This document shows, one piece after another, positions 28,027 to 39,007 of a DNA stretch of 64,000 nucleotides. Location of the stretch: assembly GCA_964016885.1 (NCBI GenBank), contig OZ024742.1:314836001-314900000 (forward strand), read 5' to 3'. The number at the start of each line of letters is the position of its first letter. Position 1 is the stretch's first letter. Under the pieces are notes generated by a model. That model was given only the letters and a program-made list of their open reading frames with translations. It made no database searches and had not been told where the DNA came from. A program made the translations under genes and the position numbers. This DNA is from Eledone cirrhosa (taxonomy: Eukaryota).

Positions 28027-28644
28027 CAGGTCACCACTTGGTGCTACTGGTAACATGTATCCCAGTACAACCTGTCTCATGGTCGGGTCGTTGGCGACTA
28101 AACTGTCAACCCCACCAAGGTTTCTTGGTGAGGATGGTGACTTTGGACATCCTGCAGGACTAAAAACAAAACCTGTCAAAGGGCAAAGGAGCTCTTAAGA
28201 GTCAATGGCCATCCAAAATCACTGGGAGAGATGACCCCTTAGCCTTTGTCAAGGCAGAATTCTAGGAGAAGGAAAACTCTGATATAACACCTGCAACCCT
28301 GATGGTATCCAATGATGTTGCCTTGTTCTTCTTTTTGGTAAATATCATCTTGGTTAAGAGAGTGGGACTGGCTTTGTGCAGTGCCTTTGCTTACTATAAA
28401 AGCTTCACGGCACAGGCATTGCTTTATATCTGGAGATCTCTCCGCACTTGTCGTCACATGGTACCAAAGGCAAAGCACTATGTGTCAATAATTGTCACAA
28501 GTGTAGTGTTTGTACCAGAGTTTTCAAGTCGCTGGCTGGACTAAAAAGTCACACTCGTTCAGCGCATCGGTAGGGGTTCTCCTACATGGATATAAAGTAG
28601 TGGCCGTACTCGAAAACGAGTTGGGAGCCACCATGTATGTATGT
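28025..28644 (+). mobile_element. bipartite non-autonomous RTE derivative, copy B
   Basis: Same junction (TCACAT, 28454-28459) as copy A. Confidence 0.9.
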
Positions 28645-31170
28645 GAAGAGGACATTGGAAGGAGAGATGCAGGCTGCAGATCTTGGTGAGGATTGGCCGA
28701 CCCTTAAAAAGTCGGTTTATGATGTAGGCAGGCGTGTTCTGGGATTGGCGCAGAGGAAACATCAGGACTGGTTTGATGAGAATGATATACATATAGAGGA
28801 CTTGTTGGCTGAAAAGAGACGTGCTCTGTCACGCTACTTGACGGCAAAACCACATGAGAGGAATACGTTGCATGAGGAACTCAGGGATGTAAAATCCCGT
28901 GTTAGGCGGAGTCTTTCTCGGATGAAGCATCAGTGGTGGAGTGAGAAGGCTGGTGAGATACAAACTGCGTCTCATTCCAATAACACAAAATTGTTGTACA
29001 GTCTCTTGCGTGAGGTTTATGTACCGTCTTCTTCTCTGGTGACACCGCTTCGCAGTAAGGATGGCAAAGAACTTCTTCGTGACTCACAAGGAATTCTACG
29101 AAGGTGGCGAGAGCACTTTGATGATCTTTTGAATCAGCCGTCTGTCGTCAGTGAAGATTTCCTCAATCTCATTCCAGAAAGTCCTGTGAAAGTAGCTCTC
29201 GCAGAACCTCCGACGCTTGTGGAGGTTGCAGTGGGTATTTCGAAGCTGAACAGTGGAAGATCTCCAGGTATGGATGGCATACATGCTGAGCTCCTACAAT
29301 ATGGTGGTGAGAGACTCCTGCAACATCTTCACTCTTTGTTTGGCAGGATATGGGCTAATGAATCCGTAGCTGAGGACTGGAGAGATGCAGTAATGGTGGT
29401 CTTGTACAAGGGAAAGGGTAACAGGAAGGATTGTGGGAACTACAGAGGTATATCTCTGCTTTCTGTCGTAGGGTGCTTCTGGACCGTCTGCTGACACACA
29501 TTGCAGATTGTGTTCTTCCTGAAAGTCAATCTGGTGTTCGTGCTGGACGCGGCACTACTGATATGAGCTTCTCAGCTAGACAGCTCCAGGAGAAGTGCAT
29601 GGAACAAGGCTTGTATCTGTATCAGGTTTTTGTCGATCTGACAAAAGCTTTCGATACTGTTAACAGAGATGCATTATGGAAGGTTCTCCAGAAACTTGGT
29701 TGCCCTGATAAGTTCCTTGCTTTAGTTAAGTCTTTCCATGACGACATGAAGGCTTAGGTTAACGTCGGGGGTAACATGTCGGAGCCTATCTCAGTAAAAA
29801 ATGGAGTGAAACAGGGGGATATTCCAGCACCGACCCTGTTTGCCATATACTTTGCAATGGTTTTCTGTATTGCATTCAGGAATTGCGAGCATGGTGTTTA
29901 CATCCGATATCGAACCTCAGGCAGCATATTTAACATCAGGCACTTTGCTGCGAAGACAAAAGTATTTACATCAATCATAAGAGACCTCTTGTATGCAGAT
30001 GATTGCGATCTTGTAGCGCACACAGAGAGTGATATGCAGCACATTTTGAATGCATTTTCTGACGCTTGCACTGCCCTAGGTCTGACTGTCAGTCTCAAAA
30101 AAACCGTCGTCATGTACCAACCTGCCCCTGGTAAGCAGTACACTGAACCAAACATCTATGTGTATGGCAAACGACTTGGAGTGGTTGATCAGTTTGTCTA
30201 CCTGGGAAGCACTGTCAATCGATACAGCAACCTTGACAGTGAAATCTCACTTAGGATTAGGAAAGCAAGTGATGCTTTCGGAAAGCTAGAAAGGCGACTC
30301 TGGGGTCGGCGAGACATATGCAGGAGGATAAAGGTAAAGGTGTACAGGGCTTGTGTGCTCTCTTGTCTTCTTCATGCCTGCGAGACCTGGGTCACATATC
30401 GACACCACCTTAAGCAATTGGAGCGTTCCATCAGATGTGTCTCAGACGGATCCATGGCGTTCACTGGAAGGACCACATCAGTGATGTCGAGATTTTGGAA
30501 AGCTCTATGTGTGACAGTATAGAAGCTCTTGTGCTTAAGCAACGACCCGTTGGAGTGGTCACCTTGCCAGGATGAAGGATGCTAGAATACCAAAACAACT
30601 TTTTTATGGAGAGTTGGTTAAAGGAAAACGACCGCCACATAAACCAAAAAAGAGGTATATGGATTCCTTGAAAGACTCTCTGAAAGACGCTAACATCTCT
30701 GCTGATACATGGGAGAATATTGCTGCTGATCGTAATAAATGGAGAAAGACTGTATATGAGGGAAAGTTGCCTTTGAGGCATCTCGATTCGCATACGAGAA
30801 AGTAAAGCGGGATGTGAGGAGGGGCATTGCTGTTGCACTTCCAGACGGCGAGGGTCCTCCTATGGTGCTGACATGCAGCGTATGTGCGAGACTCTGCCTA
30901 AGTAAAGCTGGACTCGAAAGTCATCTTCGCAGTCATAAAGTAAGACCAATGGTTGACTACCAGGCTGCTGTTGGAGATGCTACTCATCATGCTTGCCAAA
31001 CATGTGGTAGAGAATGTAAATCAGCAGGAGGGCTCAAGCGACATGCAAAAGTACACGAACTCCAACCACAGCCGACTATTCCCAGTGAATGTTTTGGTTG
31101 CCGACTCTGTGCAAGACATTTTAGATCATTGGCTGGGCTAAAAAGCCACATTCGATCGCAGCGCTGTTAG
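28645..31170 (+). pseudogene. RTE family B ORF, 5'-truncated: reverse transcriptase plus three C-terminal C2H2 fingers
   Basis: QDWFDEND, SPGMDGI, NYRGISLLS, FVDLTKAFD, GVKQG, YADD; several frameshifts and a stop; 3' UTR end at 31513-31580. Confidence 0.95.
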
Positions 31171-31337
31171 TTGCTATCGTGTGTGTGTGTGTGTGTGTGT
31201 AGATATGCTTATGTGTGTGCGTGTGTGTGTATATATATATGTATATGTATATTATTATTGTTGTTGTCGTTATTGTTATTGTTGTTGTTATTATTATTAT
31301 TATTATTGTTGTTATTAATGTATGTGTGTGTGTATGT

Positions 31338-31379
<42 letters not shown>

Positions 31380-31384
31380 ATATG

Positions 31385-31451
<67 letters not shown>

Positions 31452-31549
31452 CTTTTTTTATATATTTTTTTTCTTTTTATTTATTTATTATTATTTTTTT
31501 TTTCTTCTTGTGCAATGGCCATACTCGATAACGAGGGGCAGCCATCATG

Positions 31550-31583
<34 letters not shown>

Positions 31584-32025
31584 TGTACGTATGTACGTAT
31601 GTGTGTGTGTGCGTATGTGTGAGTCCCGGGTTCAATCGGGGGTAACCACGGTAGGTAAGGTACTCTATACATTAATAGAGTATAAATATCAAATTTAATA
31701 TAGAAATCAGCAGGAAGTCTGTCATTACCACAACAGAGATCTGACGAGCTTTTGATTCCAGAATCGGGCTAGATCAATTGTTTACTTTATTACTTTATTA
31801 TTATTATTATTGAATGCCATGGTTGACGGAGGCTAGGCTCTCTAAGGTATAGTAATTTTTAACCGTTAAAACAATTGTAAATTGTTTAAAACTTGAACCA
31901 AATTGTTGATAAAGACACCCTCCTCCTCGTGAGAGGGGTCTTTCTGTCCATTATTTGGCCCTTCGGGGTTAAATAACCAGTTATTGGGGTTTTGTACCCA
32001 ATATTCATTTTAAACAAAAAACAAC

Positions 32026-34117
32026 ATGGCTACGAAAAAGAAATTTCATACGTCACTCCCACTCATTCCGTCTTCTTCTTCCTCAATCATCACTACAGCA
32101 GAGAGAAGATTGTCTCTCTCCCTCCCTTCCTTAAATGTGTCTCTCTCCCTCCCTTTTCTTTCGCAAGCGACGAAAGAAAAGAAAAGTCTCGTGCAAAGCG
32201 TGCAAGGTTTCTCCACGACGACGACGACAGCGACGAAAAAGGTGTGCGGGAAATACGAAAACCCAGTTCATTCGTCTGACGTCAGGAATAATAGCAGTAG
32301 CAGCCGTAATAACAACAGCAACAGTGACAATGAAAACAACAGTAGCAGCCGCAACAGCATCACCAGCAGCATAAACAACAACAGCATTAGCAGCAGCAAC
32401 AACAACCACAGCAACAGCGGCGAAGGCAGTAGTCGTAGTACCTGCAGCAACAACAAAAGTAACAGCAGCTCTGATGACAACAACAACAACAGCAGCATAG
32501 AAAAACCAATCTCATTTGCAGGTATTGCGAAAAACTTGGAAACAATCCTCATAACAAATGAGGAATTAGAGGAAGCGAAGAAGATGGTGACAAAGAACGG
32601 ACACCGAGCAATCTGCAAGGCAGCGGAAAATTTTTTCGAAACCCAAGAGCACTGTACGGTCACGTACCGTACAGTAAGTACAAAATCCCGTAGGGTTGAA
32701 AGAGCCACAGAGGCTCAAATACAAAAAGCCTTGGGGTCTGTGTGGCAGCGGAAAACGCACATCACCCGAGGCAAAAAATATGCCACCGTAGACGTACATT
32801 TTACCACACCCCAGGAGGCAAAGGCCCAATCAGTAGTGACCCTAAGGAGCGAGGAAATGGTGTTGGTGCCCTCCTACTGCGGGCAAAAAATTGTGAGGGT
32901 CAAACTGACCACGTCCCCCCCGGAATGGCCCCTTCTTGGCTGGCAGCGTCTGTCCTCGTCGGAATCGAGGACAAAACAACTGTACTGCAAGTACAGAAAA
33001 AAGTAAGAGAAGATTGGGTCGGCACTTCCATTGAGATGCTAATCCAAACCAACCAGGAGTGCATCGAAGCTATCCCGGATGTGATAGACTTCGATAACGG
33101 CACTCAACTGCCCATAAGTGTTGAGGGCAAACGCCCGAAATGCTTTCGCTGTGGATCGAAGACTCACCTCAGAGCCTTCTGCAACGAGAAGACCCTGAGA
33201 AAGGAGAAAACCCCCCTCCTTCCGAATCCGGCTCCACGGCTACCAGCAACAGGACAAGCGGCAACCAGGAACGATAGGTCCATGGCACCCATACCCACGC
33301 CACGGAAATCAAAAACAGCAGCAGCAGTGGAAATATTAACAACAACAACAGCAATACCAAATGCAGCTGTAACAGAGACTCCAGTGCAAACATCACCAAC
33401 AACAAGTGAAACAGTGGAGCTGGTACCCCTCCCCGACCTCACAGAATCAGACATGGAGTGTGAGGTGGGAGAAAGATGGCAAAAGGTCGTAAGAAGGCAC
33501 AAACGCAGAAGCAGCGCATCGTCGCCTTTGAAAAGGGAGGAAAGAAATGAGAAAAAGGTAAAGTCTACTGCAAAGAGACCCACAGCAGCAACACCACCAA
33601 CACCATCACCACCCACACTAGCACCACCATCACCACCGGCGACAACCCCACCGCCAACAACACCTTCAACACCACCACCACAAGCACCAACATCGCAAAC
33701 ACAACAACAAAACACACACACCCAGCAACAACGACAAGAAAATAGCAGAACCACACCCCACCCCCTAAAAACAAATGCACGGCAATAAATACACACAACA
33801 AGAAACTAATGACTTACATAATTGAACACACAGACATTTCACAACAGGACTACATAATACCAGCACCAATCAAAACGCCAACTAACATAAGACTGCTAAA
33901 AATAGCACAGAAACAATACACAAACATTAAAACGAAATTCCCCAACGCAGTTGGTGATTTCAGGGACCTAGGAGGAACCATCAATCGAAGAGAATATTCA
34001 GACATTCTCCTAGAAGAGCCGACGACCAGCCGAAGGGACGATTCAAAGGTCCCTTCACCAGACGATCAAGTGAAAAGGGATGTAAAAACCATCCCTCCTC
34101 TACCAAAAGTACGGTAA
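32026..34117 (+). pseudogene. ORF1, gag-like (CFRCGSKTHLRAFC), two frameshifts
   Basis: Track pieces 32026, 32742 and 33809 are colinear with copy 2 ORF1. Confidence 0.85.
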
Positions 34118-34152
34118 GTGGTCTTTCCCATCTTTTCCACTCTATTTTAAAC

Positions 34153-36285
34153 ATGACCTCACTCAGAATAGGCAGCATAAATGCGCGTGGCTTGGGGTCG
34201 TCATGGAAGCAGGGTCACCTGCTCAACGACCTCAGGTCACTAAACATAGATGTAGTGGCCATCAGCAAGACCAGAATCTCCGAAGCATGGGCCTTCACAC
34301 CGACCTTCGGCGGCTACGATGTGTACGCATCTCCCAGCCGTCCTGGATCGGGTGGAGGAGTTGCTGTGCTTTTTCGGAGAGGTTTGGATCTCGCCATACG
34401 GGCCATCTTCCTGGACCCAGAGGGTAAGCTGGTGGTGCTGGACGTGACCAGCGGAGACGGGCAAGCTTTCAGGCTAGTGGCCGTCTATACCCCAACAGGA
34501 GCAGGGCGGCCTGATTTCTTCCGGCGTCTGGAGACCTTTCTTGGAACGTCCCGCTCTTTAGTGTTAGTGGGCGACTGGAACGGGATCTTAGATGCACGCT
34601 GGGACTGTGTGGGATTAGCGGATAGGGGTGGAGGGTGCAAGAGCCTCACCAACCTGCTCAGGCGTTTTGAACTGTCTGACAGGTACCGAATGGATTTCCC
34701 GAATGTGCCAATGTGGACTTGGACAAACCGCATAGGGTCATCCAGATCATATCTAGATAGAGTATTTTGTAGGGAAATAGATAGGTCTAGCATAGGCTGT
34801 CCACAATTCAAGATAGTCAGCTACACGGACCACAAATTCGTGATCTGTGTGCTTGACTTAGATAGGCTTCATAGACGAGGACCCGGCTACTGGAAGCTAA
34901 ACGCGTCCTTATCAGCATATGCGGACGATGTCACCGTAGTGGTGTCGAACGCCAAACACATCGAGGCGATCGGCACTACACTAAGAGAATACGAAGCGGT
35001 GACAGGAGCAATGATCAACCAGGAAAAGTCAGTGGGCCTGCAGCTCGGCACCTGGAGAGGCAGGTCCATGCCGTCCAACAGCGTCGTCGGACGCTGGACG
35101 GACGGACCGGTTAAATTGCTAGGGGTCTGGTTCGGTCCGGACCTCCTGACGGACAAAAACTGGGACGAGGTGACGAGCAGGGTGGCTTCTCTCACCCAGA
35201 AATGGGCCGAGAGGAAGCTATCCCTGAAAGGTCGAGCGGAGGTGGCTAACGCGTACATCGCGTCCGTCATCTGCTACCGCCTGACCGTCGTACCTTGTCC
35301 TAAGCCTCGCCTGACTGTGCTGGAGCGTTTGCTCTTTCGCTTTTTGTGGAAGGGACGCGCTCCGATGGTCAGGCGGTCCATCTGTTGTCAACACCCGCTA
35401 CGTGGAGGGCTGGGCATGCCGTGGCTGATGATGCGCAGGCACGCGCTCAGGCTACGACATCTCCACCTCTTCCTCGACGGTGATCAGGTGTGGTCGCCGT
35501 TAGCTAGACGCGTGTTTCCCCAGCTCGTTTCCTTGACGGAGCTGCAGTCCTGGGTCAAGCGAAGACCGAGAGGGAGCGCCTGGAGACTGGAATGTCTTCA
35601 GGCGCTCACAGCCCTCGACCAATCGGGCAATGTGATCGGTGGAAACTCCACCTCGGCGTTCTATAGAGGATTAGTGGAGGGGAAGAGCGACGACGCACTT
35701 GGGGAAACTCTAGGCGTCGACGAAAATCAACTAGCCAATCTCTTCGGAAGAACTTTCGGGCCAGGGCCTATGGACAACTTCCAGAAATCTCTGGCCTGGC
35801 AGTGCTACCGAGGAGCCTTGCCAGTTCGGGATAAACTCTACAGGCATGGAGGTGCCGTCAGCCGGGCATGTCCGAGATGCGCGCAGGGCGACGAAACCGT
35901 CCTGCACGCACTCGTCCAGTGTCCGAAAATTGCTGACTTGTGGGTTTATGTCGAACACCTGCTGTCGCGTTTAGGACGGATCCGGCTATCATCTGAGTCC
36001 ATCGTGAGGATTGCCCCGCCCTCCTCCTTTAGCCGGGAAGGGCAGGCAGTTTTTATCTGCCTGGTGGCCATGGCGAAAGAGATAGTATGGTGGACACGTT
36101 TGAAAGGGCTGAAGACGAGCACTTACCTCTTCGGTGATGCTCTGATTGACTTTTTCAAATTTCATTTGAAAAGGAAAATCAGAGTAGAGAGGCAAGTGCT
36201 CTCTTCCCAGCATTTTGTTGAAAGATGGGTGAGAGAAGCAAGAATGGCCCGAGTGAATGGGCCTACTCTGAGCATATATCTGTAA
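34153..36285 (+). CDS. ORF2 with in-frame deletion of most of RT (710 aa)
   Basis: APE domain, then WKLNASL|SAYADD junction at 34911/34912, C-terminal CPRC..H..C. Confidence 0.9.
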   Translation: MTSLRIGSINARGLGSSWKQGHLLNDLRSLNIDVVAISKTRISEAWAFTPTFGGYDVYASPSRPGSGGGVAVLFRRGLDLAIRAIFLDPEGKLVVLDVTSGDGQAFRLVAVYTPTGAGRPDFFRRLETFLGTSRSLVLVGDWNGILDARWDCVGLADRGGGCKSLTNLLRRFELSDRYRMDFPNVPMWTWTNRIGSSRSYLDRVFCREIDRSSIGCPQFKIVSYTDHKFVICVLDLDRLHRRGPGYWKLNASLSAYADDVTVVVSNAKHIEAIGTTLREYEAVTGAMINQEKSVGLQLGTWRGRSMPSNSVVGRWTDGPVKLLGVWFGPDLLTDKNWDEVTSRVASLTQKWAERKLSLKGRAEVANAYIASVICYRLTVVPCPKPRLTVLERLLFRFLWKGRAPMVRRSICCQHPLRGGLGMPWLMMRRHALRLRHLHLFLDGDQVWSPLARRVFPQLVSLTELQSWVKRRPRGSAWRLECLQALTALDQSGNVIGGNSTSAFYRGLVEGKSDDALGETLGVDENQLANLFGRTFGPGPMDNFQKSLAWQCYRGALPVRDKLYRHGGAVSRACPRCAQGDETVLHALVQCPKIADLWVYVEHLLSRLGRIRLSSESIVRIAPPSSFSREGQAVFICLVAMAKEIVWWTRLKGLKTSTYLFGDALIDFFKFHLKRKIRVERQVLSSQHFVERWVREARMARVNGPTLSIYL

Positions 36286-36532
36286 ATTAAAGGTGGAAAA
36301 CTGGGAGAGGGCACTTTCCTTGGTGGTCAGGGTCATTGTGGCTTTTTACTGGGCTTTCTCCACAAATCTCCCTCCGAAGTCTCCCCCCTATTGGGGAATT
36401 TTTCATTGTTATTTTTGTTACATCCTCTGTTTTTGTTTTTTACACGCAGAAATGCCCATTTGTACCGTCCTGCATTGTCCTGCACTGTCCTTAATGTCTA
36501 CTTTATGTAAACCCTTGTGGTTAATAAAGAAA

Positions 36533-36570
<38 letters not shown>

Positions 36571-36573
<3 letters not shown>

Positions 36574-36748
36574 GGCAGTATCGGTAGAGGGTCGGACGCC
36601 ATGCTTTGACGCATAGAGTTACGGTCCTTGTCATTCTGAGTTCAAATCCCGCCGAGGTTAACTTTGCTTTTCATCCTTACGGGGTCGATAAAATAAAGTA
36701 CCAGTAATGAACTGGGTATTTGCTGGTCTTGTGCCAAAGGTAGAAACA

Positions 36749-36787
<39 letters not shown>
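36571..36787 (+). mobile_element. tRNA-derived SINE between the two LINEs, long (ATT)n tail
   Basis: Family match; first ~8 nt missing, joined at ATT. Confidence 0.92.
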
Positions 36788-36997
36788 GGCGACCTACGTA
36801 GGAAATCGTATTATCGTGAGCTCCGCAAAGGTTTGTTATTTCCGTTTGTTTAAACATTGCCATTTATGGAAAATTTTATTGTTAACTGTTTATAAGCACA
36901 CATACATTGTTTTCCGAAAAGGACACCTAAAAAGATTGGGGCCTTGTGCCCAAAATTTTAACTTTTATTATTATCAAAAAGTTTCTTTGAAAGAAAA

Positions 36998-38973
36998 ATG
37001 GCTACTTCACCTCTGCACGAAGCAGCTGAAAGCCTTCCTCACAAAATAACACCTCACACCGACACCACCATTGTAAATGTTACTACGTTTGCCAACACAA
37101 AAAAAAATATAAGCAGTAGCAATATTTTAAATTTGTCTCAGGCAGACATTCATTTCCCGCCATTACCAATGACTGCAGGTGTTAAAGCCTCCACCACCAC
37201 CACCACCACCGCGACAACAGAAACAAAAGAAGAAAAAAATAAATTAACTCGTGATGTCGAAATGAAATCAAGCAAAATGGACTCTTCCCCACCAAAGACG
37301 ACTGACGTCACCACCACCACAACTGAAAATAAAATTAATATTAACGATAGCAACAACAACAACAATGACATTATAAACCCCCCCCCTCAGTTTCGCCAGA
37401 GTAGCAAAACAATTCGAAGCATTTACCGTAACTCAAGAAGATTTAGAAAATGCCAAACAAATGGTAAAGAAAGATGGGTACAGGGTCAGCCTCACCCCCC
37501 CCCCCCACACACACACCTAATAAAATGGAGCATCGGCGCCTATGCACCGTGTCGTATAGAACAATAAATGTAAAATCGCGCCGAGTGGAACGGGCATCCG
37601 AGTCCCAAATCCCAAAAGCTTTGGGACATGTGTGGGCAAGAAAAACCCACATCAGACGTGGGCAAAAGTATGGAACCGTGGATGTGTTCTTTGAAACACC
37701 AGAGGAGGCTAGAGAACACTCCATGGCCCCATTAAAAAGTGACGACCTCACACTCGTCCCAAGCTATTGTGGCCAGAGACTCGTAAAGATCAGGGTGACC
37801 CACGTTCCACCGGCCATCGAAATTCCCTGGCTAATAGCGGCTGTCCTCGCCGGCATCGAAGCCAACACGAAAATAATAGCAGTAGCAAAAGAATAGCAGG
37901 AAAACTGGTCCGGATCTGGGATGGAGCTCTTAATCCAAGCGGACCAAAAAAGCATTGAGGAGATCCCAGAGGTAATAGACCTCACTGACGGCAGCCACCT
38001 CACGGTAATTGTCGAGGGCAGAAGACCTAGGTGTGTCGTTTGTGGTGAAGGAACCCACCTAAGGGCTTTCTGCCCTCAGGCTAAAAGGTTGAGGCCACCT
38101 CTCCTACCCACCCCAGTGACACAACCATCAACACCACCAGTAGCAGAGATGGCAGCAACAACTGTAGCAGCAACAACAGAAGCAACTATAACAGCAACAA
38201 CCCCAGCAACAGTAGCAAAACCAACAACACTACCACCACCAGCAAACCCAACACCACCACAACCCAACGCTTCAGAACTAGCACCAGCGCCTACACCATC
38301 CACCACACCACAACCAAAACTAACGGCTGTGGAGGATTTTCCACTCCCCGGCCTATCACAACTGGAGACATATTGTGACGACAAGGAGTGGGAAACGATA
38401 TCCGGAAAAAAAAAAGAAACCAAAAAAGAAAAAAATTCTCTTCCTTCCCCCTCCAAAAACAAAATACAGAGGGAAACAAATAAACTAAGAAACAAAAAAG
38501 TTAGGACAGATATGCCACGATCCACACCAGCATCACCAACCCCATCAACCCAAACACCAACACCATCACCATCATTAACTCCAACACCACAATCACCTAC
38601 ACCACAAAAGTCACCAAAATGCGAAACAGAAACAAACCCACAACAAACGCAAACAAAACAAAACAACCAAAACGATACACACTACACAGCATTAAATTTG
38701 AACAACAAGCAATTATTACACTACATCCAACACAACACCAGCATCACAGAAAAAGACTACACAACAACCCCAAAATTCACACCACCTCCACACATACAAA
38801 TCACTCGCATCACACAGAAAACGTACATGACACTAAAAAAAAAATTCCCCAAAGACATCGGAGACTTCCGACAAGCACTCTCCAGGAGGATTTATAAGGA
38901 CATCCTTCCTGAGGAGGCCACAAGCAGTGAAAAGGATGGAAAAGCCGTCCTTCCCCTACGAGAAGTAAGGTAA
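36998..38973 (+). pseudogene. ORF1 of copy 2 (CVVCGEGTHLRAFC), disrupted
   Basis: Frameshifts around C-runs at 37380-37510; TAG at 37894. Confidence 0.85.
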
Positions 38974-39007
38974 GTGGTCTTTCCCATCTTTTCCACTCCT
39001 TTTCAAC

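Larger units (their letters stand above)
31812..36572 (+). mobile_element. Tx1/L1-clade LINE copy 1, internally deleted
   Basis: 5' UTR, ORF1 with CCHC knuckle, ORF2, AATAAA, (ATT)n tail; (ATT)n also upstream. Confidence 0.93.

Noticed and set aside
28028-28145. Canonical HDV-like or twister ribozyme
   Set aside because: GGTCACC/GGTGACT and CTAA are suggestive, but P3/L3 or twister element order could not be satisfied; kept only as an unknown structure.
30814-31170. Host C2H2 zinc-finger gene
   Set aside because: Continuous with the RTE RT C-terminus and 3' UTR.
31735-31775. HHR (CTGACGA plus stem II); also the GAAA-CTCGAG-TC half at 61292
   Set aside because: Each lacks half of the catalytic core; remnants at best.
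33164-33796. Antisense G/V-rich ORFs, also 38076-38666
   Set aside because: Shadow frames of Pro/Thr-rich ORF1 tails.
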